NCBI GenBank assembly: GCA_031446125.1
Contig: CP132909.1
Span: 340,678 to 404,677 of the forward strand
Source: Arsenophonus sp.
Lineage (GTDB): Bacteria; Pseudomonadota; Gammaproteobacteria; Enterobacterales; Enterobacteriaceae
Direction: 5' to 3'
Length of the DNA stretch: 64,000 bases
The notes under the pieces are model-generated. The model was not told the origin of the DNA. It made no database searches and was given only the letters and a program-made list of their open reading frames with translations. Made by a program: the position numbers and the translations under genes. Below, piece after piece: positions 35,482 to 48,017 of this stretch (position 1 is the stretch's first letter; every line of letters begins with the position of its first letter).

Positions 35482-36654
35482 TTATTTTTCACTAAGTTCT
35501 AAAACAACTTTTGCTAATTTTTCATCATCATTACTACGAATACTTTTATGTAATTCTAAAAATCTTTTTTTTAGTTTCTTAACTGTATGTAAATTAATCA
35601 ATAAATTTCTAAGTGATTTAGCTAATTCTTTAGGTTGACATGCATACTGTATAAATTCTTGCACTAATCTATCTCCTGCTAATAAATTAGGTAAAGAAAT
35701 GTAAGATGTTTTAATAAAAAATTTCGCTAACCAATAAGTAATTACTTTCATACGATACCCAACTACCATGGGGCATTTTGCTAACATACATTCTAATGTA
35801 GCTGTCCCTGAAGCTAATAAAGTCACATCTGCAGAAATCATAACTAATAGTGCCTGACCTTCTATAATTTCTAATGGCAATTTTATTCCAATTTTTTTAT
35901 AAATAGCTTCAAATTTATCACGACATTTTTTATTAACTACAGGAACTAAAATTTTTAACTTGGGGAATTCTTGAATTAAAATTTCAGCAGCATATAAAAA
36001 ATCTTTAGTTAACATTTCAACTTCAGAACAACGGCTACCAGGTAAAATAGCTAAATATTTAGCATCATTAGATATTTTTAATTGTAATCGTGCATTTTTT
36101 TTATCAGGTTTTAAAGGTATATTATTGGCCATTGTATGACCTATTAAATAACAAGGTATCTTATAATAATCATAAATTTTTTTTTCAAAAGGCAAAAAAG
36201 CAAGCACCAAATCTGTAGATTCTCCTATTTTAAAAATACGATTTTTTCGCCAAGCCCAAAAAGAAGGACTAACATAATGAATAGTTTTGATACCATTTTT
36301 TTTTAATTTTTTTTCAAGAAAAATATTAAAATCCGGTGAATCGATACCAATAAAAATATCTGGTTGTAATTTTAAAAAACGTTTAATTAAGTCGGATCGA
36401 ATCTTTAATAATCTTGGTAATCTTCCAAAAATCTCAACAATTCCCATAACAGAAAGTTCTTCAATTTCATACCATGATTGACAACCTTCTCTCTTCATTA
36501 ATGGACCTGCAATTCCAATAAAACGTATATGAGGTATTTGTTCTTTTAGTGTACGAATAAGAGATGCACCAAGAATATCTCCTGATATTTCTCCTGCAAC
36601 AAGACCAATAGTTAAAGGTTTTGATTTAATTGAAAAATGATGATTATTCGTCAT
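35482..36654 (-). CDS. lpxB: Lipid-A-disaccharide synthase
   Basis: 390 aa. [15 protein letters not shown] and [10 protein letters not shown] are visible. Syntenic downstream of lpxA. Confidence 0.93.
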   Translation of the reverse strand: MTNNHHFSIKSKPLTIGLVAGEISGDILGASLIRTLKEQIPHIRFIGIAGPLMKREGCQSWYEIEELSVMGIVEIFGRLPRLLKIRSDLIKRFLKLQPDIFIGIDSPDFNIFLEKKLKKNGIKTIHYVSPSFWAWRKNRIFKIGESTDLVLAFLPFEKKIYDYYKIPCYLIGHTMANNIPLKPDKKNARLQLKISNDAKYLAILPGSRCSEVEMLTKDFLYAAEILIQEFPKLKILVPVVNKKCRDKFEAIYKKIGIKLPLEIIEGQALLVMISADVTLLASGTATLECMLAKCPMVVGYRMKVITYWLAKFFIKTSYISLPNLLAGDRLVQEFIQYACQPKELAKSLRNLLINLHTVKKLKKRFLELHKSIRSNDDEKLAKVVLELSEK

Positions 36655-36678
36655 AAAATTCTCCTATTAAAGTATTTA

Positions 36679-37488
36679 TTAACGAATAATTCCACGATTT
36701 GACTGTGCAGAATACTCTAAAAAATCATTTAATATTTTTATATATTGATTTCCTGTTCCTAACTCTAATAATATCTCACGAGCTTCATCCAATGATTTAC
36801 CACAACGATAAAGAATTTTATATGCATATTTAATGGTATGTAATGATTCTTTATCAAAACCACGGCGTTTTAAACCTTTAATGTTAACACCATAAGGAGT
36901 GGCATGATTACCTTGCGCAATAACATAAGGTGGAACATCTTTTGAAACTCCTGAACAACCGCCAACCATTACATGAGTACCAATTTTACAAAATTGATGT
37001 ACTGCACTCATACCACCAATAATAGCATAATCATCTAATTTTACATGCCCACCCAGAGTACCATTATTTGCAATAATACAATAATTTCCCAATAAACAAT
37101 CATGAGCAATATGAGTATTTATCATTAACAAATTGTCATTACCTATTTTAGTTAAACCACCACCTTGCACAGTACCGCGATGAATAGTCGAACTTTCTCT
37201 AATACAATTACGATCACCAATTTCCACACGAGTTTTTTCACCATTATACTTCAAATCTTGATTTACTTCTCCTATAGTAACAAACTGAAAAATTTGATTA
37301 TTACAACCAATTTTTGTACTACCATTTATAATTACGTGAGATTTTAGTTTAGTATTTGAACCAATTGCAACTTGAGGTCCAATATAACAAAACGGACCGA
37401 TATAAACATTTTCACCGATAATTGCACCTTCTTCAACAATAGAAGAAGTATGAATAACCGCTGTTTTATCAATAGTATCAGTCCTCAT
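36679..37488 (-). CDS. lpxA: UDP-N-acetylglucosamine O-acyltransferase
   Basis: Left-handed beta-helix hexapeptide repeats, plus [14 protein letters not shown] and [10 protein letters not shown]. The track start at 37512 is a GTG inside fabZ. The ATG at 37488 gives a start that aligns with E. coli MIDKSAFVH. Confidence 0.93.
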   Translation of the reverse strand: MRTDTIDKTAVIHTSSIVEEGAIIGENVYIGPFCYIGPQVAIGSNTKLKSHVIINGSTKIGCNNQIFQFVTIGEVNQDLKYNGEKTRVEIGDRNCIRESSTIHRGTVQGGGLTKIGNDNLLMINTHIAHDCLLGNYCIIANNGTLGGHVKLDDYAIIGGMSAVHQFCKIGTHVMVGGCSGVSKDVPPYVIAQGNHATPYGVNIKGLKRRGFDKESLHTIKYAYKILYRCGKSLDEAREILLELGTGNQYIKILNDFLEYSAQSNRGIIR

Positions 37489-37489
37489 T

Positions 37490-37942
37490 TTATACTTCCT
37501 GACTTCTGGCACACATCATGGTTGCTTGACAAACAACTTTTTTATCTACTTTTGCTATACCATTAAAACGCGTTAATCCACGCTTGGTTTTTACAAACGT
37601 TACATCAAAAATCATTTGATCGCCAGGTTGCACTGGATATTTAAATCTTGCTTCATCAATACCGGCAAAATAATAAAGTTCGCCAGGTTTTAATTTTCCA
37701 ACACTCTTAAAAGCTAAAATACCGGCAGCTTGTGCCATTGCTTCAAGAATTAATACTCCTGGAAATATTGGCTTACCGGGGAAATGGCCTTGAAAAAAAG
37801 GTTCATTAAAAGATACACTTTTTACCGCACGTAAAAATTTACCTTTTTCAAAATCTAAAACGCGATCTACCAATAAAAAAGGATAACGATGAGGCAATAA
37901 ACCTAAAATTTCTTCTATATCCAGAGTATGTTGATAACTCAT
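37490..37942 (-). CDS. fabZ: 3-hydroxyacyl-ACP dehydratase FabZ
   Basis: 150 aa. [13 protein letters not shown] and [23 protein letters not shown] are visible. Confidence 0.95.
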   Translation of the reverse strand: MSYQHTLDIEEILGLLPHRYPFLLVDRVLDFEKGKFLRAVKSVSFNEPFFQGHFPGKPIFPGVLILEAMAQAAGILAFKSVGKLKPGELYYFAGIDEARFKYPVQPGDQMIFDVTFVKTKRGLTRFNGIAKVDKKVVCQATMMCARSQEV

Positions 37943-38061
37943 AGAAAAGACTCTTCTTTTTTATATTTTTAATATTATATAAATAAATATAAACTCTGTT
38001 TAAACACTAAATTATTTTGTTCTACAAAGCGTAATTAACAAATTAAAAGAGATAGATTCAA

Positions 38062-39087
38062 TCATTTTTTATTTAAAAATTTACGTTCTAAAATCTTAAA
38101 TCTTTTAACTATTGAATGAATATTCATAATTAAAACCGCTGTTTTTCGCCAAATCTTATTAGGCTGTAATGGGATACCAGAAGAATATATCCCAGGTTTA
38201 TCAATTGGACGTATAACCATCCCCATACCAGTAATAGTTACTTTATCACAAATTTCTATATGTCCATTAATAACACTACCACCACCAATCATACAACATT
38301 TACCTACTTTTAAACTCCCTGCCATAATAACCCCACCGGCAATAGCTGTATGATCACCAATGATAACATTGTGAGCAATCTGACATTGGTTATCAATAAT
38401 AACCCCATTTCCAATAATTGTATCATCTAATGCACCACGATCAATTGTAGTACTAGCTCCAATTTCGACGTTATTACCAATAACAACTCCACCTAATTGA
38501 GGAATTTTTATCCACTTTACATCTTTATGCGCATAACCAAAACCATCTGATCCAATCACTGCACTTGATTGAATTAAACATTTTTCTCCTATTTGAACAT
38601 TATGATATACAGAAACATTCGCCCATAAACTGGTAAAATTTCCAATATTAACATTTTTACCAATAAAACAATTTGCACCGATAATAACATGATTACCTAA
38701 TATTACACCTGATTCGATAACTGTATTGGCACCAATAGCAACATTTTTACCAAATATAACATTTTGATCAACAACAGAAGAAGGATGGACATTATGAGCA
38801 GGTTTAGGAGTATTATCTAAATATTGAGCTAATAGAGCATAAGCAAGATAAGGATCTTCGACAACTAATGCTGCTATTTTAGCACTTGATAAATAATCTT
38901 TTTTTAAAACTACAGCAGAAGCTTGACATTTTTTTAACTTCTTAAGATAACGGCTATTTGATAAAAAAGTAATTTGTCCTTTTTTTGCAAAATTTATAGA
39001 TGCAATGCCTGTAATAATAATATCACCATCACCATATAGCTGTGCGTCCAATTGCTGAGCTAAATCAGCTAATCGAATAGAACACAT
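38062..39087 (-). CDS. lpxD: UDP-3-O-acylglucosamine N-acyltransferase
   Basis: 341 aa, the same as E. coli. Hexapeptide repeats, IGSDGFGYA and the N-terminal [12 protein letters not shown] are visible. Confidence 0.94.
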   Translation of the reverse strand: MCSIRLADLAQQLDAQLYGDGDIIITGIASINFAKKGQITFLSNSRYLKKLKKCQASAVVLKKDYLSSAKIAALVVEDPYLAYALLAQYLDNTPKPAHNVHPSSVVDQNVIFGKNVAIGANTVIESGVILGNHVIIGANCFIGKNVNIGNFTSLWANVSVYHNVQIGEKCLIQSSAVIGSDGFGYAHKDVKWIKIPQLGGVVIGNNVEIGASTTIDRGALDDTIIGNGVIIDNQCQIAHNVIIGDHTAIAGGVIMAGSLKVGKCCMIGGGSVINGHIEICDKVTITGMGMVIRPIDKPGIYSSGIPLQPNKIWRKTAVLIMNIHSIVKRFKILERKFLNKK

Positions 39088-39090
39088 CTA

Positions 39091-39582
39091 TTACGTTACC
39101 TTTTTAATAACTAAATCGGTAATATTTTTTAGATTGAAACCCTCTCTTAAATATATAACTTCATTAATATCAAACACAACATCATACTTTTCATTTTCAG
39201 CCACTATTTTAGTTGCCATTTTTATACTTTTTAATATTTTTGTATGTTCCTCTTGTCGACGACGTTGATTATTTCTTTCAAATTGTTCCGCTTTTTTAAG
39301 AAAATCAGTACGCTTCACTTCAAATTTTTTAAGATCCTCTTCATTCGGTTTTATGGCACTTTTTTGTAATTGTTCTACCTGAGACTGCAAATCTTTTTCC
39401 ATATGTTGCAACTCATTTGCTGATCCCTGAAACTCTCTTTCAAGTTGTTTTGAAATAGCCTTATTTGTTGCTATTTTTTGAAAAATTTTATCAAAATTAA
39501 TTACAGCAACTTTTTCAGCATAAACACTACTGGATATAAATAAGATTGTACTTAAAATTATTATATTAAAATATTTATTCAC
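39091..39582 (-). CDS. skp: Periplasmic chaperone Skp (OmpH)
   Basis: 163 aa. A signal peptide is followed by KVAVINFDKIFQ and LEREFQGSANELQHMEKDLQ, which parallel E. coli Skp. GTG start with AAGGAG 8 nt upstream. Confidence 0.88.
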   Translation of the reverse strand: MNKYFNIIILSTILFISSSVYAEKVAVINFDKIFQKIATNKAISKQLEREFQGSANELQHMEKDLQSQVEQLQKSAIKPNEEDLKKFEVKRTDFLKKAEQFERNNQRRRQEEHTKILKSIKMATKIVAENEKYDVVFDINEVIYLREGFNLKNITDLVIKKVT

Positions 39583-39646
39583 ACTACACTCTCCTTGATT
39601 TTTAAGTTTTTAGAAATTATAAAAAGCACATAAATTGCATATATAT

Positions 39647-42052
39647 TTACCATGTTCTACCAATATTAAACTGAAATTCTTCATATTTATCACCTTTATA
39701 ATATTTTAATGGCTTAGCATAAGAAAAAGTTAATGGTCCAAGCGGTGATATCCATTGTAATGCAATCCCTGTTGAAACACGAATATTTGAGGATTTACCA
39801 TAATCAGGCATGTCTACTTTCCAACTGACTTCTGTATTTCGCCAATGAGAATCCCAAACAGTACCAGCATCCACAAAAAAAGATGTTCTAATTAAGTTTA
39901 AATTTTTCTCATCAACAAATGGTGATGGCATAATTAACTCTAATGAAGCTGTTGCTATTGCATTTCCACCAACAGCATCTGTTGATGGATTACCAGATTT
40001 AGGAATTGTTTGACCAGTTAATGGATTTTTTTCAAGATAAATAGCTTTGGGGCCAATATTATTTGGACGAAAACCTCTTACTGTACCTAAACCTCCAGCA
40101 TAAAAATTTTCATAAAAAGGCAATTCTTTACCATTAATATCATTGCCATAACCAAATTGTGTTCTACCTAATAATATCCATTTAGCATCTTCATCTAATG
40201 GATAATACTGAGATGTATCAAATTTAATTTTATAATATTGATTATCTGAACCTGGAATTGTAATTTTACTATTCAAAGAGATTTTTTTTCCTGATGTTGG
40301 GAAAAATCCACGATCTAGATTATTATAAGTCCATCCTAAATCAATGCTAAAATCATTAACATCATAACACGCTTTATCATTAAAATTTATTATTTTACCC
40401 ATACTTGCGAAATAACGCCACATACTCGCTTGAGGTTTCATATCAGATAACAAATTGTGAACAAAACCGGCACCAATACGAAAAATATTATTTTCATTAA
40501 AAGGAAAACTTAAAGTGTTATCAACACCATAAATTTTATCATTGTAATCTGATAAAAAAGCATCTTTTGCGCTAAAATTATTATAAAATATTCTTCCACT
40601 TAAACTAATACCATTAATGTTAAAATAAGGATCTGTTAATGATAATTCGCCATAAGTCGAATAATCATTTTTTTTAGCACTCATACTAACTGAGTTTCCT
40701 GTACCTAACCAATTTTCTTCTTGAAGACCTATTTGAAAACTTATACCGCTTTCACTTCCGAAACCAATACCAAAATTCATTGCACCGGTATTACGTTCCT
40801 TTACTTTATAGATTATATCAATTTGATCAGGTATATTTTGTACATGTTGTATCTCAACATCAACTTTTTCGAAAAAACCAGTACGTTTTAATCGGTTTTG
40901 ACCTGCAATAACTAAATCATTACCTAACCAAGCTCTTTCCATTTGACGCATTTCACGACGCAAAACAGAATCTTTACTAATATGATTTCCAATAAAATTA
41001 ATCTGACGAACATAAAAACGATGTCCAGAATCAATATTAATATTTACTTTAAGTGTTTTGTTCTTAATATTAGTTTTTAGCTCAGTAGTAACATTTGGAT
41101 ATGCATACCCATAATCCCCAAGAAGATTTTTAATTTTTTGTTCTATTTTTCTGATTCTATTGGCATTATAAATTTCGTTATTTTTAATTGTTATTAATTT
41201 ATTAATTTCATTATAATATTCTGTTTTATCAACATTTAATTCTATATTTGATATAATATATTTATCTCCTTCTGTTATATTTATAGTAATATAAATATTT
41301 TCTTTATCAGGTGTTAAACTGATATTAGTTGAATTAATAGTAAATTTTGCATAACCTTGACTAAGATAAAAACTACGTAATGATTCTAAATCATGCAAGA
41401 ATTTTTCTTTTTGATATGTTCTATCTGAAATAATATTCCAGTAAAAAAAATTATCTTTTAATTGAAAATGTTTAATCAAATCATTCTTGCTAAATACTTT
41501 ATTACCAACAATATTAATATGCTGAATTTTAGCTGAAACTCCTTCAGAAAAAAATAATTTTAAATGTACTTGATTATTTGGTAACTTTAAAATAAAGGGT
41601 TCTATTCTTATATTATATTTACCTATACCATAATAGAAATCCATGAGCATATTAATAATATTATCCAATTTTTTTAGATTCATCACTTCCCCGATTCGAA
41701 TATTGACAGAGTCAAGATTGCTCTTAAGAACATTAGTCTTAACAGATTGATTACCAGAAAATGTAATATTTGCAATAATTGGTCTTTCTTTTAAACGAAT
41801 AATAAGAGAATCTTTATTACGGAAAATTTTGATATCCTCAAAATTTCCAGTTGAAAACAAATCTCGAATAGCAAGGCTAATATGATTATTGTTGATTTTA
41901 TCTCCTACTTGAATTGGCATATTTAATAATACAGTAGAAACTGCAATACGTTTCAGACCTTGAAAATACATATTTTTTACAAACCAATCTGAACTATACG
42001 TATAAAAACTAAATAATAACAGCAATGTTATAAGTAACTTTTTTATAGTCAT
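39647..42052 (-). CDS. bamA: Outer membrane protein assembly factor BamA
   Basis: 801 aa with a signal peptide, POTRA-region similarity ([21 protein letters not shown]) and a beta-barrel ending in FQFNIGRTW. Confidence 0.95.
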   Translation of the reverse strand: MTIKKLLITLLLLFSFYTYSSDWFVKNMYFQGLKRIAVSTVLLNMPIQVGDKINNNHISLAIRDLFSTGNFEDIKIFRNKDSLIIRLKERPIIANITFSGNQSVKTNVLKSNLDSVNIRIGEVMNLKKLDNIINMLMDFYYGIGKYNIRIEPFILKLPNNQVHLKLFFSEGVSAKIQHINIVGNKVFSKNDLIKHFQLKDNFFYWNIISDRTYQKEKFLHDLESLRSFYLSQGYAKFTINSTNISLTPDKENIYITINITEGDKYIISNIELNVDKTEYYNEINKLITIKNNEIYNANRIRKIEQKIKNLLGDYGYAYPNVTTELKTNIKNKTLKVNINIDSGHRFYVRQINFIGNHISKDSVLRREMRQMERAWLGNDLVIAGQNRLKRTGFFEKVDVEIQHVQNIPDQIDIIYKVKERNTGAMNFGIGFGSESGISFQIGLQEENWLGTGNSVSMSAKKNDYSTYGELSLTDPYFNINGISLSGRIFYNNFSAKDAFLSDYNDKIYGVDNTLSFPFNENNIFRIGAGFVHNLLSDMKPQASMWRYFASMGKIINFNDKACYDVNDFSIDLGWTYNNLDRGFFPTSGKKISLNSKITIPGSDNQYYKIKFDTSQYYPLDEDAKWILLGRTQFGYGNDINGKELPFYENFYAGGLGTVRGFRPNNIGPKAIYLEKNPLTGQTIPKSGNPSTDAVGGNAIATASLELIMPSPFVDEKNLNLIRTSFFVDAGTVWDSHWRNTEVSWKVDMPDYGKSSNIRVSTGIALQWISPLGPLTFSYAKPLKYYKGDKYEEFQFNIGRTW

Positions 42053-42087
42053 TATTCTTATAAATATTCCTAACTAATTACGTTTTA

Positions 42088-43443
42088 TTACAGACGAGAA
42101 AAATCATTGAAAAGTGAAATTCCCATTAATAATATCAATAAAATAGTACCAATACGATAACTCAAATCTTGTATACCTTCAGATACTGGCTTTCCTTTTA
42201 TTTTTTCAATAATCAAAAAAAGTAAATGTCCACCATCTAATACAGGTAAAGGACACAAATTAATAACACCTAAATTAATACTAATTAATGCAATAAACAT
42301 AAGATAATATACTAATCCAGACTCAGCAGAAAAACCTGCCCCTTTTGCAATAGAAATAGGTCCACTAAGATTAGAGAGTTTAATATCACCAGTAAACAAC
42401 TTACCGATCATATTGACTGTTATTTTCATTAATTGCCAAGTATTATGAATTGCATGATACAGTGCATAAAATAAACCATATTGTTGAACGATTTTATAAT
42501 CATTTAGAAGTGGAATGAATGATAATTCAAATCCAGCAAATCCAATATTTTGTTTTTTTATTATTTCTTTAACTTTTGGTGTCAAAGTTAATTCTCTATA
42601 TTTACCTTCCCTTTCAATAGTCAATAATAAAGGAATATTAGGACTTTTTTGAATAAAGTAAACTAAAGGGTGCCATACATCTAATACTTGTTCATTTACT
42701 TTTATTATTTTATCACCTATTTTTAAACCAGATAACTCTGCTGCTGATCCAGGTTGGATATTACGAATAATAGGATCGTGTCTGGCACTAACAGGCATCA
42801 TACCTAAAGATAAAACAGGATCTTCTTTTTCTGGATCAAAATTCCAATTTTGTAAATTAATAACTTTTTTTATAGGATTTACGTAACCAATGGGTAAAAC
42901 CTTAATATTTAGTTTTTTCTGTCCAATTTTACTAATCAAAGCAATGCGAACAGCATTCCAATCAGGAGTTTCCATATCATCAATAGATTTTATCTCCATA
43001 CCAGCTGAAATATTGGCTTTTTCAGCAATAGAATTTGATTGAATATCTGAAATAACAGGGCGAACAGAAGGTATACCAATCATATAAACTAACCAATATG
43101 CAAATATTGCCAATAAAAAATTAGCCAATGGACCAGCACTTACAACAGCAAAACGCTCCATTACAGTTTTATCATTAAACGTTGCATGCATATCATTTTT
43201 ATGTTCTACAGCAGGAATGTCTTTATCTAACATTTTAACATAACCACCTAATGGTATCATAGCAACAACAAATTCTGTACCATGACGATCCACTCTACGC
43301 CATATTGTTTTTCCAAAACCAATTGAAAAACGTTCAATATAAATTCCATAAAACCTAGCTACGAAAAAATGTCCTAATTCATGCACAATAATCAGTACAC
43401 CTAACGCAATAACAAATGCAAAAAAAGTAAAAAAAAATCCCAT
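42088..43443 (-). CDS. rseP: Site-2 zinc metalloprotease RseP
   Basis: HELGHFFVARF (HExxH), PDZ-like segments and NLCPLPVLDGGHL are visible. The track start at 43467 is a TTG overlapping cdsA. The ATG at 43443 gives 451 aa (E. coli 450 aa). Confidence 0.92.
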   Translation of the reverse strand: MGFFFTFFAFVIALGVLIIVHELGHFFVARFYGIYIERFSIGFGKTIWRRVDRHGTEFVVAMIPLGGYVKMLDKDIPAVEHKNDMHATFNDKTVMERFAVVSAGPLANFLLAIFAYWLVYMIGIPSVRPVISDIQSNSIAEKANISAGMEIKSIDDMETPDWNAVRIALISKIGQKKLNIKVLPIGYVNPIKKVINLQNWNFDPEKEDPVLSLGMMPVSARHDPIIRNIQPGSAAELSGLKIGDKIIKVNEQVLDVWHPLVYFIQKSPNIPLLLTIEREGKYRELTLTPKVKEIIKKQNIGFAGFELSFIPLLNDYKIVQQYGLFYALYHAIHNTWQLMKITVNMIGKLFTGDIKLSNLSGPISIAKGAGFSAESGLVYYLMFIALISINLGVINLCPLPVLDGGHLLFLIIEKIKGKPVSEGIQDLSYRIGTILLILLMGISLFNDFSRL

Positions 43444-43448
43444 AATAT

Positions 43449-44309
43449 TTATAACCTTATAAAACAAAATAACATTAATCCTGAAAAAATAGTTATAGCA
43501 GATATTAAACTATCTATTCTATCTAATACTCCACCATGTCCTGGAATCAAATTACTAGTATTTTTAATTCCAGATTGCCGCTTAAACATACTTTCTGTTA
43601 AATCACCCAAAATAGCACTAAAAATAATAATACAATTAATTAATAAATTTCTTGATATTAATAAATTAGGAAAATAGAAATCAAATAAATATCCAATAAA
43701 TCCTGCTGTAACTATACCACCAAGCATGCCTTCAACAGTTTTTGCAGGTGAAATTTTTTCTGCTAATTTATATTTTCCGAGAAAAGATCCAAAAAAATAA
43801 CCACCAATATCTGTGCTGCAAACTAAAAAAATAATGTACAATATTAACCAAGATCCTACAAAAGGATCAATTGTATAATTAACACTACGTATTAATAAGC
43901 TTCCAGAATAAAAAGGTAACATGCTAAAAATACAAAATAATATTTTTAATATTAAAGACTGAGACCAAATTCGAGCAGAAAAAGGAAAAGTTATCAGCAA
44001 TATTGTTGCCAGTATCCACCAAATTAATCCAATAAATGAAATATAAATAATTAAAGGTTCTTTTGTTAATTCAGTTAAATCTTGAAATGATAATTGCAAT
44101 CCCAATAAAATTATACAAAATAAAATAGAAAATATAATTCGTTTAACTGGTTTTATCCAACCAAAAAATTGGCACCATTCCCAAACAGTGAGTGAAATCA
44201 CAAAAATCAGAACATAACCAAATAAATCAAGAGGTAATAAAAAAATACAATAAATTACCAATGGGATCAGTATAATAGCACTAATAATACGAGTATTTAA
44301 ATTTAACAA
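43449..44309 (-). CDS. cdsA: Phosphatidate cytidylyltransferase CdsA
   Basis: 286 aa with the signature SMFKRQSGIKNTSNLIPGHGGVLDRIDSL. It starts at TTG, and no in-frame ATG lies near the conserved N-terminus. Confidence 0.9.
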   Translation of the reverse strand: MLNLNTRIISAIILIPLVIYCIFLLPLDLFGYVLIFVISLTVWEWCQFFGWIKPVKRIIFSILFCIILLGLQLSFQDLTELTKEPLIIYISFIGLIWWILATILLITFPFSARIWSQSLILKILFCIFSMLPFYSGSLLIRSVNYTIDPFVGSWLILYIIFLVCSTDIGGYFFGSFLGKYKLAEKISPAKTVEGMLGGIVTAGFIGYLFDFYFPNLLISRNLLINCIIIFSAILGDLTESMFKRQSGIKNTSNLIPGHGGVLDRIDSLISAITIFSGLMLFCFIRL

Positions 44310-44324
44310 AATAAGTCTCTATTT

Positions 44325-45074
44325 TTATGAATTAATATTATCATTCGTAGTTTTACCAAATCGTCGTTCACGATTGCTAAAAGCTTTAATTGCACTTCTA
44401 AAGGCTATTTCATCAAAATCAGGCCACAATATATCAGTAAAATAAAATTCAGCATAAGCAATCTGCCATAAAAGAAAATTACTAATACGATATTCTTTTC
44501 CAGTTCTAATAACTAAATCAACCATTGGTTGATCATGTAAACTAATACATTTATTTACCATTTCTTCATTAATATTTTCTGGTAATAACGTACCTTTTTT
44601 TATTTTTTTAGCAATTACACGCATTCCATGTGTGATATCCCAACGGCCACCGTAATTTACTGCAATATTTAGTTGTAAACCAGTATTTTTTGATGTTACA
44701 GAAATTGCATTTTTAATAAGTTTTTTTAATTTGATCTGAAATTTGCTTATATCACCAATAATAGTTAATTTGATATTGTGTATATTTAAATTTTGAATTC
44801 CATTACCCAAATATCTGGTAAACAGTTCCATTAAAGCACTTACTTCAGTTTCTGGTCGATTCCAATTTTCACTACTAAATGCATAAAGTGTTAAAGATTG
44901 AATTTGATTTTCAAGTGCAAATTTAATGGCTTTTTTTACTGCTTCTGTGCCTGCAATATGCCCTTTTATTCTTAATTTTCCATGTTTTTTTGCCCACCGG
45001 CCATTACCATCCATAATAATAGCAACATGCTTAGGTATTCGATAGTATAAATTATTCTCATACGTAAATTTCAT
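44325..45074 (-). CDS. uppS: Undecaprenyl-diphosphate synthase
   Basis: 249 aa. HVAIIMDGNGRWAK and RTGKEYRISNFLLWQIAYAEF are visible. Confidence 0.94.
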   Translation of the reverse strand: MKFTYENNLYYRIPKHVAIIMDGNGRWAKKHGKLRIKGHIAGTEAVKKAIKFALENQIQSLTLYAFSSENWNRPETEVSALMELFTRYLGNGIQNLNIHNIKLTIIGDISKFQIKLKKLIKNAISVTSKNTGLQLNIAVNYGGRWDITHGMRVIAKKIKKGTLLPENINEEMVNKCISLHDQPMVDLVIRTGKEYRISNFLLWQIAYAEFYFTDILWPDFDEIAFRSAIKAFSNRERRFGKTTNDNINS

Positions 45075-46660
45075 AAAAAAGAATTCCTGCTCATAAATTA
45101 ATAGAAATATTACATTTAATTTTTATGAATAATAAAAACAAGATTACTAAAAATTAAGAAAAAATATGTTTATTGATAAATGTAAAAAATATTTTATTTA
45201 AAATATTAATTGCATTTAAAAATAAAAACACACTGCATTTATACATTTTGCTAAAGAATAACAACATTAAGTATTAAACTATAAATTAAATTTAAATAAA
45301 AAATGTTTATCATGTCAAAAATTAAATATTAATTAACATCATTAAATATAATTTTTATTATATTTTATAAGATTAGATAAAATATCATATATTGTATTTT
45401 TTATATTTTTTTAGTTTTTATTTTTAATAATAACATTTATTTAAAATGATAATAATTAATTATTTGACTATGTGCAATTTATATTATTTTAAAATATATT
45501 TTATTGATTGATTTTTAAAAAATATATTTTATGCATAAAGATTTTATATAATCTTTTAATTTTTAAAAAATTAACAAACACTCAAAATAATCTATATTTT
45601 TTAAAAAGTATAAATTTTACATAATACTTAAAACAATTCTTAATAAAATCTATAATCTATTATGAATTTTTATTGTTTTATTTCCTATAAAATATAGGAA
45701 TATTATAAATATAAAAATTTTTATTTTTAAAATATATTGATGTATTTATTAAAAATAAATTTCTATTTTAAATTTTATTATAAAATATTACTAATATTTT
45801 TATATCTAAAAAATTTTATACTTATAAGAAATATAAAACATTAGAAAATATAACCTATTATTTTATAATTCATGAAATTAATTAATAATTCCTATTTTTA
45901 AAAATTCTCATATTTTAAATCTATTTTTATATAAAAATTAATAGTTTCAAAATTTTGAATAGATATTTACAAAACTTATTAATATTAAAACTTTTCATTT
46001 TTATTTATATTTTTAAAAATTATAAAACTATATTTTATAATATGTAAAAAATAACAGAAATTATCTAAATCTTTATTTTTAAGCTTTATTGTTTGAATTT
46101 TTAAAATAAAAAATTATTGACAATAATCATAAATAGAACATTTAATTAATATTTAATATTTTATTATAAAAAATATTTTCTTTTTTATATAAAAATACTA
46201 AAATTTAAAAAAAATAAAACACAGTAATATTTTTACTAAAATCATAATATATAAAATATTTCTAAAAATTATCTTACAATTGTTTTATCAAACAATAATA
46301 TTGTTATCATTATTCAGATCATTGTAAATTGAATATCAATATAAATTATAATGACATATAATTATCATAATTATGATGAAAATATTTTTTAAAAAATAAT
46401 ACATTATTTTTAAAATTTTTATATAAAATACGGTATCTTATTTTTATAAAAAAAATAATAAACGTAATATTTTTTTTATGCTTAAAAAACAAAAGTTAAA
46501 TAAACATAAGATATTAATTACTTAATTGTTTAATTTTTATTTAAAACAACATTTTATCAAATAAAGAAAAAATACTAATTTATCTAAATAATACACTAAA
46601 TATTAATAAAATACAATTTTACGTAATTATATAATATAGTTTTGATAAACAAATATTTTT
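45075..46660. other. 1.59-kb ORF-free AT-rich spacer between uppS and dxr
   Basis: The track shows no ORF of 60 aa or more. In E. coli, dxr and uppS are adjacent with a short spacer. Confidence 0.6.
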
Positions 46661-47857
46661 TTAATTTGATAAAATTTTTACATACTCATAAGTTATTTTT
46701 CGCACTTCTTTGTCAATTTCTAACACTGCATCAATGGTATCAGGTTCAGCAAAATTTAATTTTTCTAATATATTTAAATTAACTTTAGCAATATCAGTAA
46801 ATTGAAGATTACCCGACAAATATGCAGCGACAGAAATTTCATTCGCAGCATTTAAAACAGTAGTAGCTGCTTGTCCATGACAACAGGCATCAATTGCTAA
46901 TTTTAAACATGGATAACGTTCATAATCTGGAGAAATAAAAGTAAGTGAAGATATTTTTTTAAAATCAATAGATTTTGCACCTGAATAAATACGATCAGGA
47001 TAACCCATGCTATAAGCAATAGGTATTCTCATATCTGGAATACCTAATTGTGCAATCACACTCCCGTCTTGATAAGATACCATAGAATGAATAATAGATT
47101 GTGGGTGAATAATAACTTCAATTTCTTCATTAGAAGTATTAAAAAAATACCGTACTGCAATATATTCAAAACCTTTATTCATCATAGTAGCCGAATCAAC
47201 TGAAATCTTAGATCCCATAGACCAATTAGGATGATTACAAGCTTTATCAGGAGTCATATTCGGAAGACATGAAATAGGAATTGCAAAAAAAGGACCACCA
47301 GATCCTGTTAATATTATTTTATCAATACCTTGTTGTTTTAAATTAGAAAAACCTAAATTGCATTGAACTTCTATTGGTAAACTTTGAAATATTGCATTGT
47401 GTTCACTATCGATAGGAATGACGTGAGCACCATATTTTTTAATAGCATTAAAAAAAAGTTTTCCACTAGTAATTAATGATTCTTTATTAGCTAATAAAAT
47501 TCTTTTGCCTTGACGAATAGCAGATAAAGTTGGTAATAATCCTGCTATTCCTGTAATCGCAGACATAACTTGATCTACATTATTAAGTCCAGCTACTTCA
47601 CAAATTCCCTTTTCTCCTGATAACACTTCAGTTTTTGATCCTTGATTATGTAATATTGTTTTTAACTGATTTGCCGATGTTTGATCTGACATCGCAGCAT
47701 ATAATGGTTTAAATTCCATACATTGCTGTACCATGATACTAACATTTTTATTTGCAACTAATCCAATTACCTGAAATGTTTCTTGATTTTCTTTAACTAC
47801 CGACAATGTTGTTTTACCAATTGAACCAGTGGAACCTAAAATGGTTAATTTTATCAT
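46661..47857 (-). CDS. dxr: 1-deoxy-D-xylulose-5-phosphate reductoisomerase
   Basis: 398 aa, the same as E. coli. [20 protein letters not shown] and [10 protein letters not shown] are visible. Confidence 0.96.
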   Translation of the reverse strand: MIKLTILGSTGSIGKTTLSVVKENQETFQVIGLVANKNVSIMVQQCMEFKPLYAAMSDQTSANQLKTILHNQGSKTEVLSGEKGICEVAGLNNVDQVMSAITGIAGLLPTLSAIRQGKRILLANKESLITSGKLFFNAIKKYGAHVIPIDSEHNAIFQSLPIEVQCNLGFSNLKQQGIDKIILTGSGGPFFAIPISCLPNMTPDKACNHPNWSMGSKISVDSATMMNKGFEYIAVRYFFNTSNEEIEVIIHPQSIIHSMVSYQDGSVIAQLGIPDMRIPIAYSMGYPDRIYSGAKSIDFKKISSLTFISPDYERYPCLKLAIDACCHGQAATTVLNAANEISVAAYLSGNLQFTDIAKVNLNILEKLNFAEPDTIDAVLEIDKEVRKITYEYVKILSN

Positions 47858-48017
47858 TTTATAATATATGCTCTACTATATTTTTAAAAAATATGCACTT
47901 TATTATTTATTTAGAGTAAACTAAAAAATTTTATTTTAAATATAAAATAGAATTTTTATAAAAAATTTACAGTAAATATTTGCATAAATTATTTTTAAAT
48001 TATTTTTAGATTAATAA

